From Botryllus schlosseri (taxonomy: Eukaryota), in contig CM119372.1 of the NCBI GenBank assembly GCA_051294905.1, positions 27,282,001 to 27,346,000 of the forward strand: a stretch of 64,000 nt of DNA. Reading direction: 5' to 3'. Made by a program: the position numbers and the translations under genes. The stretch's first letter is position 1; every line of letters starts with the position of its first letter. Of the stretch, positions 40,101 through 53,705 are shown piece after piece. The notes under the pieces are model-generated. The model was not told where the DNA came from. It saw nothing but the letters and a program-made list of their open reading frames with translations, and searched no databases.

Positions 40101-43100
40101 CTTTGGTTCGAATTTATTACATTTCAACTGCGGGCAACTCTATGCATGGCGCTGGCAGCATAAAAAATTAACAACAAAACGAGCATGCACCTTGACAATC
40201 TCAAAGATTTTACTTGCTTTGTTACAAAAGTTTGCTCGAAATATCCAGCTTTCCGTTTGTGGATATTTAGTGACTCTGCTGTGAGCTTAACCCGCAATCA
40301 CACAACATCACGAGCGACATACACTACATGTAGTCAGCGAATGATGCTTATTCAACCAATCAATGAGATGGATATCGTTTTTGATGTAACAAATCTAGCA
40401 GGCGTACGGGTTCAATCTTGACTTCATCTGTTCACTGTATCATTAAAACCAAATACGTGCGATTGAGGTGTTGGCTACAGCTGTATATCTTGTGGGGTAG
40501 CCTAATACCGCTGGCAAGTATAGAAACCTGTTTTACACTCTGCCCAATCTCAATGTAGCAATACTCAGACGCCGAATACATTGTCCGGTCTGGCCAAGAC
40601 CGTTATAAGGGGCAAGCTTATATTCCCTTGCAACTCCTCGTCGAAATTGTTGGCAAAGCGACGGATGATATATGGGGGTATTATATCATTTGATTGCCTC
40701 AGTTGATACATTTAGCGACGTTTAAAACGCCAATATGTACTTCAGCGTTGTGGCATTACATGGCCCGAGTCGTCGCTAGGTATGGTGTACATTAATATAG
40801 GCTATCACTTGATTGAAAGATAGAGTTGGAATTAGCAATATGACGTCACGTGACGTCATGAGGTTCACGTTCGCGTTCACACAGAACCTTTCAAAAAGGT
40901 TCGCGTTCACACGAACCTGAACCTTTCAGAGGTTCACATCATCCCTACTATATTCCTTGAAAAAATCGCATAAAGCAAAGAGGGGGGCCCTTCGACCAGG
41001 GGGGTCCCCTGGCGACGGCCCACCTCGCCCACCCCAGAAGCCCCCACTGCTTATGTCGGTATCATTTCTTTCAAAACACACAGAGCAAGATATCACATGC
41101 GCTGGAGACGGCATTTCTTTGAAGTATAGGGCTTGACCTTGGGCGTCCTCTCAGAGCGCTATTTCAGAGTTCGGTTACCAAATTGAAAGTATATTTATGA
41201 AATAAGTCCGACTTACATTACTTATACTTCGCGATTGCATAAATGGGACACAATAGAAACTCTACAAGTATTACTGTTATGGTTTCATAACAAATGACAC
41301 TCAAATATTTGACTCGTGGCTTATTTCCCAAAATGGAATCAGTCATGTACTCGATTCGGCGTGGTCCTATGTAAGATTACTTACAGATACGCCTTAGGAA
41401 GCTGCTTGCAATGGATGTCGTCACTGACGCAATTAGCAATTGTTGGGTCTTCATGCTCGTATTCGCATGCGATGACTGGTCCGACTGTTAAAGGAATATT
41501 AAGTTGCTAGTTGCTTCCAACCAATTTTAATCAGGTGGAATTACTAGGGAGGGTGTGAACCTCTAAAAGGTTCGGGTTCGTGTGAACGCGAACCTTTTTG
41601 AAAGGTTCTGTGTGAACGCGAACGTGAACCTCGTGACGTCATGTGACGTCATATTGCTAATTTCAACCCTACATTTCAGTGAAGTGATAGTCTTGCAATA
41701 CCTAGCGACGATTCGGGCCACATAATGCCACAATGCTGAAATACCTATTGATGTTTTAAACGTCTGCAGATGTATCAACTGGGGCAATCAATTGATATAA
41801 TCATACCGGAAAATCAATATCTTGAGTCGCTTTGCCACAATTTCGACGAGAACTTGCAAGTGAATATAAGCTTACGCCTCAACGGTTAAGGTCAGACCGG
41901 TCAATGTATTCGGCTCCCGAGTATTGCTAAGTTGATATTGAGCAGAGTGTAAAACGGGTTTCCCTACTTGCTACCGATATTACCCCTTTAACATGTTATA
42001 GCAGTAGCCAACACCCCAATCCACGGAGTTGGTTTTCATGATACAATAAACATATGAAATCGAGATTGACGCCGTACGCCTGCTAGATTTTTTACATCAG
42101 ACAACGATATCAATTTCGTTGATTGGATGGATAAGAGCAGGGATATCTAGAACTTCTAGATATCCCTGGATAAGAGTCATTCGCTGACTACCTACATGTA
42201 GTGTTTCGCTCTTGATGTTGTGTGATTGCGGGTCAAACTCACAGCAGAGATGAGTCACTAAATATTCGCAAACGGAAAGCTGGATATCTCGAGCAAACAA
42301 TTGTAACAAAGCAAGTAAAATGTTTGAGATCGTCAAGGTGCATGCTTGTTTGGTGTTGATTTTTATGCTGCCAGCGCCATGCATATGCCGGGCCCGCAGT
42401 TGAAATGAAATAAATTTCAACCAAAGATGCTATAATGAAGTGAAAATTGTAATATATGAAAAAGGTTCACAGTGCAGAACCTACCAAGGTTCTTTTGTGA
42501 ACGTGAACCTCTAAATATCTGAGGTTCACACACAGAACGCGAACGTGAACCTCACGTTCACACCATCCCTAGGCATTACCTATATAATCACCTAATAGTC
42601 GTGCCTAACTCACCCTTCAAGTAAGCAGAGCCTCGCTTACGTTGATGGTATTGCTTGGTCCTCCATTGACAAGAAAAATCCATTTAAAAACATTTTTAAT
42701 AGGGATGTTGTGAACGTGAGGTTCGCGTTCGCGTTCTGTGTGTGAACCTCGGAAATTTGGTGGATAGCGTTCGCAAACGAACCTTGGTAGGTTCTGCATG
42801 GTGAACCTTTTTCATGTATTACAATTTTTCATTTCATTATAACGATCTGTCTTTTGTTGAAATTCTTTGCTTTCCAATTTCGGACCACTCTCCGAAAGGC
42901 ATCGGCACCATGAAAAGAAACTCAGCACTAAACGTGCATGCTCCTTGTCGATTTCAAAAAATTATTTGCTCAAAAGTTTGGTCGGAATTTTCTGCGTTAT
43001 GTTTGTGAATCTTTAGTAACTCTCTGCTGTGAGTTTTTTCCCGCAATCACGCAATAACAAGACCGAAAAATACTATAACCAATCATTTATATTTACATCA

Positions 43101-46100
43101 ACGAAATTGATATAAAGAATACATCGATATCTAATGTAAAAAATCTATCATGCGTAAAAGATCTATCTTGTTTCGATATCCTTATTGGATACCAGATTAG
43201 GGTTTTGGTTACTGTACATATTGTTTTTGATATATCTGTCACAAGTATAGAAACCGTCGTTTCACTCTTAAAAATACGTCTGTCCGGTCTAGGCGAGTCC
43301 TCTTTGAAATTGCTGGCAAAGCGACGGAAGATATTGATTTTGTGGAATTTTTATAGCATTTGATTGTTACAGTGGATACATTAGGTGGCGTTTAAAAAGT
43401 CCGCATGTAGACTACTTCAGTATTATGGCATAATGTGACCCGAGTCGTCGCTAGTTATCATATACATTAATATATTACTTTACGGAAATGTAGGGTAGGA
43501 ATTGGGAATATGACGCCAGGTGACGTCATAGCTAACGATCGCGTTCTCACATAACCTTTTAAAAAGGTTCGCGTTCACATGAACCAGAACCTTTCAGGGG
43601 TTTGCACCATCCCTTAATTTTAACCTACCAAAAAGTTATAAAAATTGTCATTCTCACCAATCTTGCACAATGCCCCTGTCTCTGTATGAAAGTAGAATTC
43701 GTAAAATAAATTGCACTTGGAAATGATACTGCATGGACGTGAAATTTTGGGTTATCAAATTAAACGCCTACGCACTATTTACAGTTTATTGAATGGCTCG
43801 GCGCACTTGCTTGATTATAGTTCTTTAGTTCAATAGTTCAACTCTCTTACAATATGCAAATATGATACTTTCGGCACGGTTTTAAATATATATGCACTGA
43901 TATGTCAGAGCTCTGTGCGGAGTGCTTCTGTTTGATACTGTAGCAATAGAACGTTGCAAGAGGTTCTGACAAAAGCACATTGCGAATACTAGTGTCCCCT
44001 GAACATTTTTTCTAACTGAGGTGCAAATTTGAAAGCATGTTAGCAGAAGCATTCTGCTTCTAGAAGCAGAAGCATTGAGCTTCATGCTAGAAGCTCAATT
44101 CTACAGAATCTCTGAAGATGAACAGAATCCCCAAAGATACTGACAGGTAAAATAATAATTGATGGAGGATAACGGAGCAATGGTAATGATATATGATAAA
44201 TGTAGGAAATAACCAGCCACAGAAAAATATTCATACAAATATATGGCCATGTCATCATCAGCAGATTAGTAAATTATGACGTTCGCATCGGGGTTAATAA
44301 CACTCTTCTCGTCGTATCTAATCAGACTGTGCGACCTTGGAAAATGTTCACTTGCGTTTTACGCAGTGCTTTTCATTTTCAACTTGACCACCGGTTGTTC
44401 TGTGAATGAAGGGATTGTTAGGTACTCGAGATTGATTGATCATTTTCAAACCCAAACAATATGTAGTATTTTTCACAAGTGTCGGGATCAAGTTACTACC
44501 TTCGAGTCACAAGTCATTAAATTTTGAAGGAAGTCCAGTCACGACTCAAGTAACGCAAATTTTCAAAATGACTCGGGTCAAATCAAATCATCCAAATTCG
44601 ATTCAACTTCAATTCAACTAACATTTTCACTTTTAAGCAGTTAAATTGCATAATTGCATGTTATAATAACCTCAACAAACCAGCCAATCTTGGTGGTATG
44701 CCAATTATAAACTACTAATTCGAAGTGAGTCAGCGCGCGTATCCATGTAAATCGATATGGATGCTCCATTCAATACAGTAGCTGACATATTTGAATGTAA
44801 GTGAGGTTGATTGACGGAAATGCTGCATGAAATGACCGCTATAACAACAATACCAATGTATATATTTTGTCGAAATTCCCGATAATGGACCAACCTATAT
44901 TCTTATTCAACAGAATTAATGTAGGATATTTTCGCATCATTATAATAATATTTTAATGCCAGTAAAGTTGCATGCCGAATCTATATTGTTTTTGAGGTTA
45001 TACTGATGATGCTGATCAATGATCATGTCGAATACGCAAGCGTAGTGAAATCCAATAACTACAGTGGTCAAGCTTATGTGCAGAGTGGAGAAATGGACAA
45101 ATAAGATATTTGAATATGAGGTCATGTCATATGCCATGAATAAAATGACTTTTGAATCTAGCAAGCAGGGATTTGAATCGAAGTGGCTTTGGAACGACGA
45201 CGAAGCCCCGCCGAGTATGCTCATTCGCGCGCCCACAGTTGTGTCACTGTTGGTAACATATAACGAGATCACCCGTCGAATATAATCACTGTGAATTCGA
45301 ATCCAATATTCTGCAGGACATGACTATTCTTTGATTCCTTGAATCGTGGGATGCTAAATCCTCACACAAATCACGTGCAACTTCAACAGCACAAAATTTT
45401 CCTATACTCTAATAAGGTAAAGTAAACGGATGTGTAGCACGACCACCGGTTTGTATATGACTTGATCCGCCAATAAATAAAACTTTTCGGTCGCATGAAC
45501 GCGGATATCACTGACTACAGTTATCTACGAAAGCAGGAAAAGAATGTCCTTATGGAATATATTCACATCTTATTTGTACAATGTGCTATCATGATCCATA
45601 CCTTCGCATTTCATTCCATGGCTCAGCTGTTCTTGAAGATGTGAGCATGCACAACAAAAGCAAGCATTAACTCTTAAGCATTTGAGTTAAATTTAGTTTC
45701 AGGGTTTTAAGCTCATATGCTAAAGTGCTGCTTGCTCAACATTAGTTTTTCATTGTATCGCAGGGCAAATGTCGGTCAACTGCTCCATACTAAAATTCGA
45801 TACTGAAAGTGCTGAATGCAACTGTCGCTTTGCATAGATCTGCAGACGCAGACAAATGTCCAATTCATATTTCGAAATGCAATTTCACTCTTCTAGTGAA
45901 TAGCTATATTGTTTTCGACTATGTAGATTCGGATATGATAGTCGCATTGGGTTACTCTGTTACTGCGTTATAACACAGCTTCATGATATCTCTCTATATC
46001 GAGAAATCTATCATTATCTTGTTTAGAGTGGTCTTTCCTGCTCCCTGCGATGCAGCAACTGACAGAATGTTTAAATTCAATGGATTAAGATCAACGATGT

Positions 46101-46806
46101 TGTCACATATTTCACGAAGTGTCATTGAATAAATAATACAATGCAATCCCGAATGCCATTACACCGCGATTCCAATAAATCAGAAAAGGCAGACATCTGT
46201 CAAAGCCGAAGGTCCATATTTGTTTTTATGTTAGTACAAAGATCAGCCTCATATACATTGGACAATCACATAAAAAAACTGAAATTGAAATATCAGCTAA
46301 AGAGCCACAACGATCAGGCATAGATAGAGTCACATACAATGCATCTTATATAGTCAACCAACACTCCGTTTCAGAAGGATCGGATTTCAGATAGCCATAC
46401 ATGAGATGAAGGTGCTGACTACATGGTATGATGCGTCCTCCTTTTTCAAGTTTTTTAAAATGTCCTCCAAGGACGCCAAAATGTCCACCTTTTTGGCAAT
46501 TCGTTCTCCTTTACAACTGTTAGAGCTAAGATAGTGGATAGATTCGAGTGAAATGATCATAAATGACGCTAAATAGGAAATTCGTGGTTCGAACGAAAGT
46601 GACAATTTTTTTAAGTCAACCAACGTAAAGTGTGAAAGAGAAACTGTTCTTCGGGAGTTGAGGCGGAAAGTTTACCTTTTTCTAGTCAACCAACCAAAAT
46701 GTTGGGAAAATTTATTATTTTTTTCGGATTTTACTCCAGTATTCAAGTCTGAAAATTTTGAAAAAGTGTCATCCTTTCCTAATTCCAAAATATGGTTACC
46801 ATATAG

Positions 46807-48681
46807 CAGTGGTTCTCAACCTTGCCTCCAGCGCCCCCCAAGGGGCGCTGACGAATTTGAAGGGGGCGGAAACGCTCAGGGGGCGATATGGGGGACGCTG
46901 GGCTCAGGGGGGCGGTATGGGGGGGGTGCTGGAGTAAAATGGCTTCGCAGCAGATGATGTGGTAGTAGGACATATCCTTAATGAGTATTCAGAGCGAATT
47001 AACACCGAAAATATCGTTATATATAGCCTACAAAAGACATATAGCTTTAATTGTCCATAGGCGCCTAAATGACTGGCACCGACTGTTCCTGTCTTGGCAA
47101 TCTGAACCCCAGAAGACGAATTCCATCTGGCAGGGAAAAATAATATGCCAGTGAAGAAATACCAATTTGAAATCGTGTGCGTCTTTTAGTTTAGTACGAT
47201 TGGACGACAGGGATATATAGAACTAGATATCCCCGTTGGGCGATATCCCTGTTGGGCGATTCTATATTTTTTCTGATATAGCAGACAGGAGGTCACGAAA
47301 TAACATCATGCTACGAAGTCATATCAACGGGTCCGCCCGCCCGACTATGTTTAATTATTACTTACGGGCCCTACAGTTTCCAAGACACCTCACAATGTTC
47401 CCTCTACGTTTTGACGAGTCTGCGCACACTCACAAACTCACTGCGCAGACCCTTGAACAACAGTGCGTAACGACTAAAAAAAGGTCATAACTTCCGATTT
47501 GTTGTGCGCAACGTAGATTTTCTGTGCGCAGAGACCGTGTCGGCACTGCGCACGTGCGCAGCTTAGAGGGAACATTGCACCTCACTCAGCTCTACCGGTA
47601 AATCTGGTAACGTGAGCAGAGAGGACGAGAAATTGAAAGCAATATATATGCAATTCCCGATCTTATTGACCGATTTTTATCATGAATTATCGAAAAATTT
47701 CGCGCTTCGCACTGGCTCGCTAAACAGTACAGCTGATTTCGTGGCAAAAGCGAACAACGTGATGGGGGGCGGTCGGTTTATCACCCTTAGGGAGCCCAAC
47801 ACCCAAGTTTTTTCGGTGGGCGTGACGAAGTGTCGTTTCGTTCGTGCCAACGGGAATACGCCCTGAGATGTATAATTATTATTGAGGGGTCCTTTCTTTT
47901 CAATCACACATCACTCAGCTCTACCGGTAAATCTGTTTGCGTGAGCAGAGAGAGGATAAAAATTGATATCAATATATATGCAGTTCCCGATCATATTGAC
48001 CAATTCAATCAATAATTATTGAAATTTTTCGCACTTCGCGCATCTAGGCGAGAATAGCTGGCTCAGTATATGCACACCCAATGTAGATGACTAGTATCAA
48101 CAAATAGCGGATAGCCGAAGGGGGGTCTGGGGGCGAAGCCCCCGGAAGTTTGATTTATCATCCTACGGGGGGCCCAAGACCAACGCTTTTTAGGAGGCTG
48201 ACGAAGTGCTGTTACGGCCCTGGTAACGAATTAATTGTACCTACGGGCACGCCCGAATATGTTTATTATTAATTACCTGCCCTTTATTTTTCAATACAAC
48301 AGCTCACTCAGCGCTACTGGTAAATCTGATTACGTGGGCTGAGAGGATAAAAAGTTTGTAGCGACATATGTTATTACCACCTATTCATTCATGCATTATA
48401 GAATATTTTGGCACCTGGGGCGTCCAGGTCTAGGCCACACAAACTTTACTGACCATCGAAATCACGCTACGGGGTTCTTGGGGCGAAGCCCTCAGAAGTT
48501 TGGTTTATCACGCTATGGGTGCGCAAGCCAGTCATTTTTAAGGGGGTTGATGAAGTGCTGTTACGCCCCTTCCTCTTACTCAATGTCTTTGTTACATTCC
48601 TTACAATATGAGGTTGAGGGGCGCTGGAGCACGATAATCTTTGAAAGGGGGCGCTGGAGGAAAAAAGGTTAAGAACCACTG
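46807..48681. mobile_element. hAT-type element with nested insertions
   Basis: TIR cagtggttct / agaaccactg, TSD ccatatag/ccctatag. Contains a MITE at 47393-47577 (TIR caatgttccctcta, duplicated cacctca) and a degenerate hairpin insert at 47208. Confidence 0.8.
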
Positions 48682-49745
48682 CCCTATAGTGTTAACCCAC
48701 TTTACAAAGAGAGCATCAGTTGTACATTTTGGGCGGAAATAACCTCGACTAAATTTATTAGACATATTTAATGCCGCTGGGTGCATCTACTGTCAAGAAT
48801 ATGGCTCTCATCCAGGATGAAATTTCACCATAGTCCCGACAATCCTTGAATATGGTGTCCTTTCGCTTCGCTTACAGCCATTTCCACCGTTTGCACTCGA
48901 GGTAAATTTGCTATCGTCGACTCTGTTGACATAAAATAATTAAGGCAGTATTCATAGATATACGCTTTCGCCTGCAGACCTCGCGCACTACTCAATCTAC
49001 GAAATGATTGCCACAGCCAGATCACCATTCCTCGTCCTCGATTTGAAATGACGTCAGGAAGATCAGAGTACAGAGCGCTGTTTATTGGAAAAATTAGACG
49101 TCCCGATGGAAGATACGCGTCAGTCGGGATGTCTACACCTGAAATGATATGGAAGAATATGATACGAAATGCCGAATAGAAGGAAGATAGTTTATTTCCG
49201 TGTGCACCAACGATCTGTTTGGAGATGCGACAGAACAGAAGGGGTATCGAGTCAGTACCACTGCTTCCCTCTCCACACAATCCAAGTTTTACGATCAAGT
49301 ATTGGCTTCGACCTGCTGGAAGTTGGTTGTAGCCACGATCTACCAAGCACCAAGATGGGCTTCCTACCATTACGCAATCTCGCTATAAACATATACTCTG
49401 TGTGAGGACAGTAACAGCACTTTGTCACCATCTTGCCCCCATAGGCTAATAAATCAAACTTCTGGGAAGAATCGAATACATAGCTGAATTCGATAAATGA
49501 AATTGGAACTGCATATATTACTGTCGAATTTTCAACTAATAGCCCATGTGCTGAGATCTATACCGTTAGTATGGACGGCATTGGTGTGTTTGTCAATGTA
49601 GCGCCCTTATTTCATACTTATGGATCTTCGAGCGGGCGCGTTGTTATCAATTACTTGGTAGTGTGTCGATGTTTATATTTCTTGACCGTCCGTCTGCTAT
49701 ATAGGCAAAATATTTCGTAATCGCTGATACGTATCAGACCTAAAT

Positions 49746-50742
49746 TAGGGATGGTGTGAACTTGAGGTTCACGTTCGCGTTCTGTGTGCGAACCGCGGAA
49801 ATTTAGAGGTTCGCGTTCACAGCAGAACTTTGGTAGGTTCTGCACTGTGAACCTTTTTCATATATATTACATTTTTCACTTCAATATGATATTTTCGGTT
49901 CGAATTTATTGCATTTCACCTGCGGGCCACTCTATGCGTGACGCTGGCAGCATAAAAATCAACACAAAACTAGCATGCACTTTAACAATCTCAAAGATTT
50001 TACTTGCTTTGTTACAAAAGTTGGCACGAAATATCTAGCATCCCGTTTGTGAATATTTAGTGACTCTCTGCTGTGAGCTTGACCAGCAATCACACAACTT
50101 CACGAGCGACATGCAGTACCTGTAGTCAGCGAATGATGCTTATTCATTATTCAACCAATCAATGAGATTGATAATGCCTTTTGACGTAATAAATTTAGCA
50201 GTCAATCTTGACTTCATATGTTTACTGTATCATTAAAACCAAATCCGTGCGATTGAGGTGTTGGCTACAGCTGTATCACTTGTGGGGTAGCCTATTATCG
50301 GCACCAAATATGGAAACATGTTCTACGCTCTGCCCAATATCAATGTAGCAATAGTCAGACGCCGAATACATTGTCCGGTCTGGCGAAGACTGTTAAGGCG
50401 TAAGCTTATATTCACTGGCAACTCCTCGTCGAAATTGTCGGCAAAGCGACGGATGATATTGATTTTATGGGAAAATCATATCATTTGACTGCCTCATTTG
50501 ATGCATTTAGCTAGGTTTCAAACGCCAATATGTATTTAAGCATTGTGTCATTATGTGGCCCGAGTCATCGCTAGGTATTGTGTACATTACTATAGGCTAT
50601 CACTTAACTGAAATGTAGCGTTGGAATTAGAAATATGACGTCACATGACGTCATGAGGTTCACGTTCGCGTTCACACAGAACCTTTCAAAAAGGTTCGCG
50701 TTCACACGAACCTGAACCTTTCAGAGGTTCACACCATCCCTA
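49746..50742. mobile_element. Family A element in a GPCR intron (mirror 62757-63753)
   Basis: TIR tagggatggtgtgaac / gttcacaccatcccta, partial TSD ctaaat. Confidence 0.9.
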
Positions 50743-53423
50743 CTAAATAACTTCTGCCATGCGACGCACACAACTCAAACAGGCATTTCTTCACCGGGCG
50801 CATTATTTTTCTCTACGGGTGGCATTTGTAAAGTGGGGGCTCGGATTGCCACGACAAGGCAATGGAAAGGCCATCCATTTAGGCGCCTATTGACAAGGGA
50901 AAATTCGACATGGATATATCGGTTTCCGTAAACATGAGGCGGTTATGTTTGGGTCAAGGATTCCTCGCCGGCAAGCTTTTTGGAAGCATACACTTCACAT
51001 TCGTATGTTAGCCGAAACATCATTGTCAACGTCTTGGTGTGTCGTGGCGCGGTAATGACCGACGCCGAAATGCTTTTCTCTAAAAAATAATGCGTGTTTT
51101 GAGGGGGTATCGATATTGATATCATGACATCTAGCAAAAATAAATCGCGCGAATCGCGAAGAAAATTTGACTAAGTTCTAAAAATATATAAAATACTCCA
51201 TCATTTATGTTAAATTACGAAATAATTTTGGGTTCCCTTCGACCTCGACAATTGCGGGTTTGGGGAGCGGCAGTTACGGTCCTGCTCTGTGGACGTATGC
51301 GAATACTCATATAGGGCGTCAATGTTATGTTAACGGCCAGCCTTTATACCGTTTCGTTCGATTTACGAATTGAACATGCAGCATACAATATTTGGTTTAA
51401 ATATTATCTTATTATCGTATCATTCATTATCATATCCCATCATCCCAAACAATTATACCTGTCAATTTAAAGAATCCCATAATGCAGATTGGCATCCAGC
51501 ACATAAAATCCGATACAAGAATCCTGGTAAGCTTGCTTTGCATTGCAGTACCTTGCTTATCTCTTTGTTTGCGCGTAGCCAGCGAGGCTAGGATTTTCTT
51601 GCTGTACGCCTTTCTGTAAATGTACAAAATAAAAGTTGTGTCTCTGAGAAATAGGTGAACTGAACACTTGTCAGCTGCATGCAACGAATTGAAAATCACT
51701 AAATCAACTCGAAGAATGAATGTGAATTGCTTTCCGTGTGGTAATATCAAATCAAATGACGATCCTTGCAAATAAAGACGCAAGTCAAAAATAAGGACCG
51801 ATGTTAAAAATCTATATGTAGTTTCGTAATTGCAGTTTCAACACTAGCATTTTGTGAACTCCTTAAAAGTAACCCGCTGATCCCAATGCTTTCTTAGAAC
51901 CCTGCTCTATATAGTCGAAACTGCACGGTAGACACCTCGTCCCCGATTGTAACGCTCCGATTTTGAACAAATGATGACATCATGACACTGCAACATGTCA
52001 TCTGATATTGTTAATCATACCTGTACAATATGATGTAGCCCAAGAGCATACAAATAAATGCCCCGAAATTAGTCAGCAACAGAAGAAGGGAGTACGACCA
52101 CGATCTGTATTGTCGCTCTGGAAATAGCGCCGGTAGGCAAACGGTATGACTCGAGTAGTATCCGAATTCGTGGACTGCCCTTATGCTCGGATTAATTTGA
52201 GCAACAAGTCTTCTCAGTTTGCTCCATCCTGTACCGCTGCAAACGTTGTTCTTGGAAGTTTGACTTCGATTCATTATTTGTGAAACGTTGCGGATTTGTT
52301 ACCGGTCGTGCAGTTCCTGTATGTCGCTATCGTTCATCAGACCGAGCCAGTTTATCAAGTACTCCTTTTGCGTTTGATTCACCTTTGTCTTGAAAATGGC
52401 AATATTGTGGAATCTACAAACGTGATTTGTGGTCCTGGTATGCTGATATGATGATGTATTATTATCTATATCTGTGAACAAATCCAGTAAACCATAACCC
52501 AGCTTCAATGATAACATTGTTTAACAGCCAGCTTATGCTTCTGACATGACTGTGGCTAATCATGGCTAATTTTGGGTGGCAGGTCATGAATATCAACTTG
52601 AAACTTTCTCATTAGCTCTAATTATTGCCTAAATGTTGTGACCACGCACACACACTACCCCAGAGGTTCTCAACCTCGCGGCACCCTCTCTGAGGGACAA
52701 ATAGTTCGCGGCACCCTATATCACTCCGAATAGCCTGAGTGGCGAGTACCGTAGTGGTACGATCCATGGGGTTACCATATTTGGAGATCTGGAAAAGCGG
52801 ACACTTTCTACAAATCACGCAACTTATCAAATCGGACGAGAATGCCGGTAATTTTACAATTGTTACTGGAATACTGCTGCGTTGACTATAAAAGAAGGTC
52901 ATTTGCATTTTCAAATCACCTCCTGGAAGACCAGCTGTAACGTTATTTTTCAGTCATCCTTGCCATCGCTGCCGTTCAAATCCAGATTCTTCGAGTCTCC
53001 CAAATAATACAGTGATATTGCAGTATGACATTAGGATCCGTTACTAGCTCACGTGACCGTGCCGGGATATTCATAGTTCAACTAGATTTCCCACTCTTTT
53101 CATGTGTAGGCTACTGTAATCGATTTGACGGGATATGCAGCTCCCACACACTGTTGACAATCACCTCACAATTTGGGATTACACAAAATATAGTTTACTT
53201 ATATATTTTACCTCATAAAGTCAGTCAGATTACTTCAGTCTTAGGCAGTTTATTTCCGAAACCATCATGATGTGAATAAACCCAACCTACATTTCAATCT
53301 TTAAATAATACCATTGAAATTGCGTTAATAATTTCACATTGTTTACTGACTGATGTGTTTCGATATGGAAATTACTTACGATATATCCTGCAAAAAGTAA
53401 TCTTCTAAAGAAGGTATCAACGG

Positions 53424-53705
53424 GGGTGGCGAGATAGCGCAGTGGTATAATCCGCGGCTGCAACACCAATGGGTGCGGGTTCGAGTCCGACCGAGGTCGA
53501 CTTCCGAATTCCGACACCTAAGTGTTGGAGGTTTGCCTAGGCTCCTCCTCGCCACCTCATCCGCGTCAGCGGTGTCTTACAAAAAGCCTAGAGGTGGGCT
53601 GTGCTATAAGTCGGAAGTTACGGAAAATAAGAAGAATATCGGACTGATGTAAATAACCATAGTAGTCGACAAACACCATGAATACCCCAAAACAAACAAA
53701 CAAAC
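53424..53705 (+). mobile_element. tRNA-derived SINE inserted antisense in a GPCR exon, left copy
   Basis: Same family as 33867, perfect 13 bp TSD aaggtatcaacgg. Confidence 0.92.

Larger units (their letters stand above)
21892..45226. repeat. Giant near-perfect palindrome: arms 21892-33478 and 33623-45226, 144 bp spacer
   Basis: The ORF track is mirrored, with coordinate sums stepping 67101, 67091, 67089, 67118 at indels of 10, 2 and 29 bp. Junctions were read directly from the sequence. Confidence 0.98.

Noticed and set aside
21892..45226. Polinton/Maverick, viral ITRs or a giant foldback transposon
   Set aside because: No integrase, polymerase or capsid ORFs, no terminal motif or TSD at the outer ends, and the arms consist of ordinary genomic and TE sequence.
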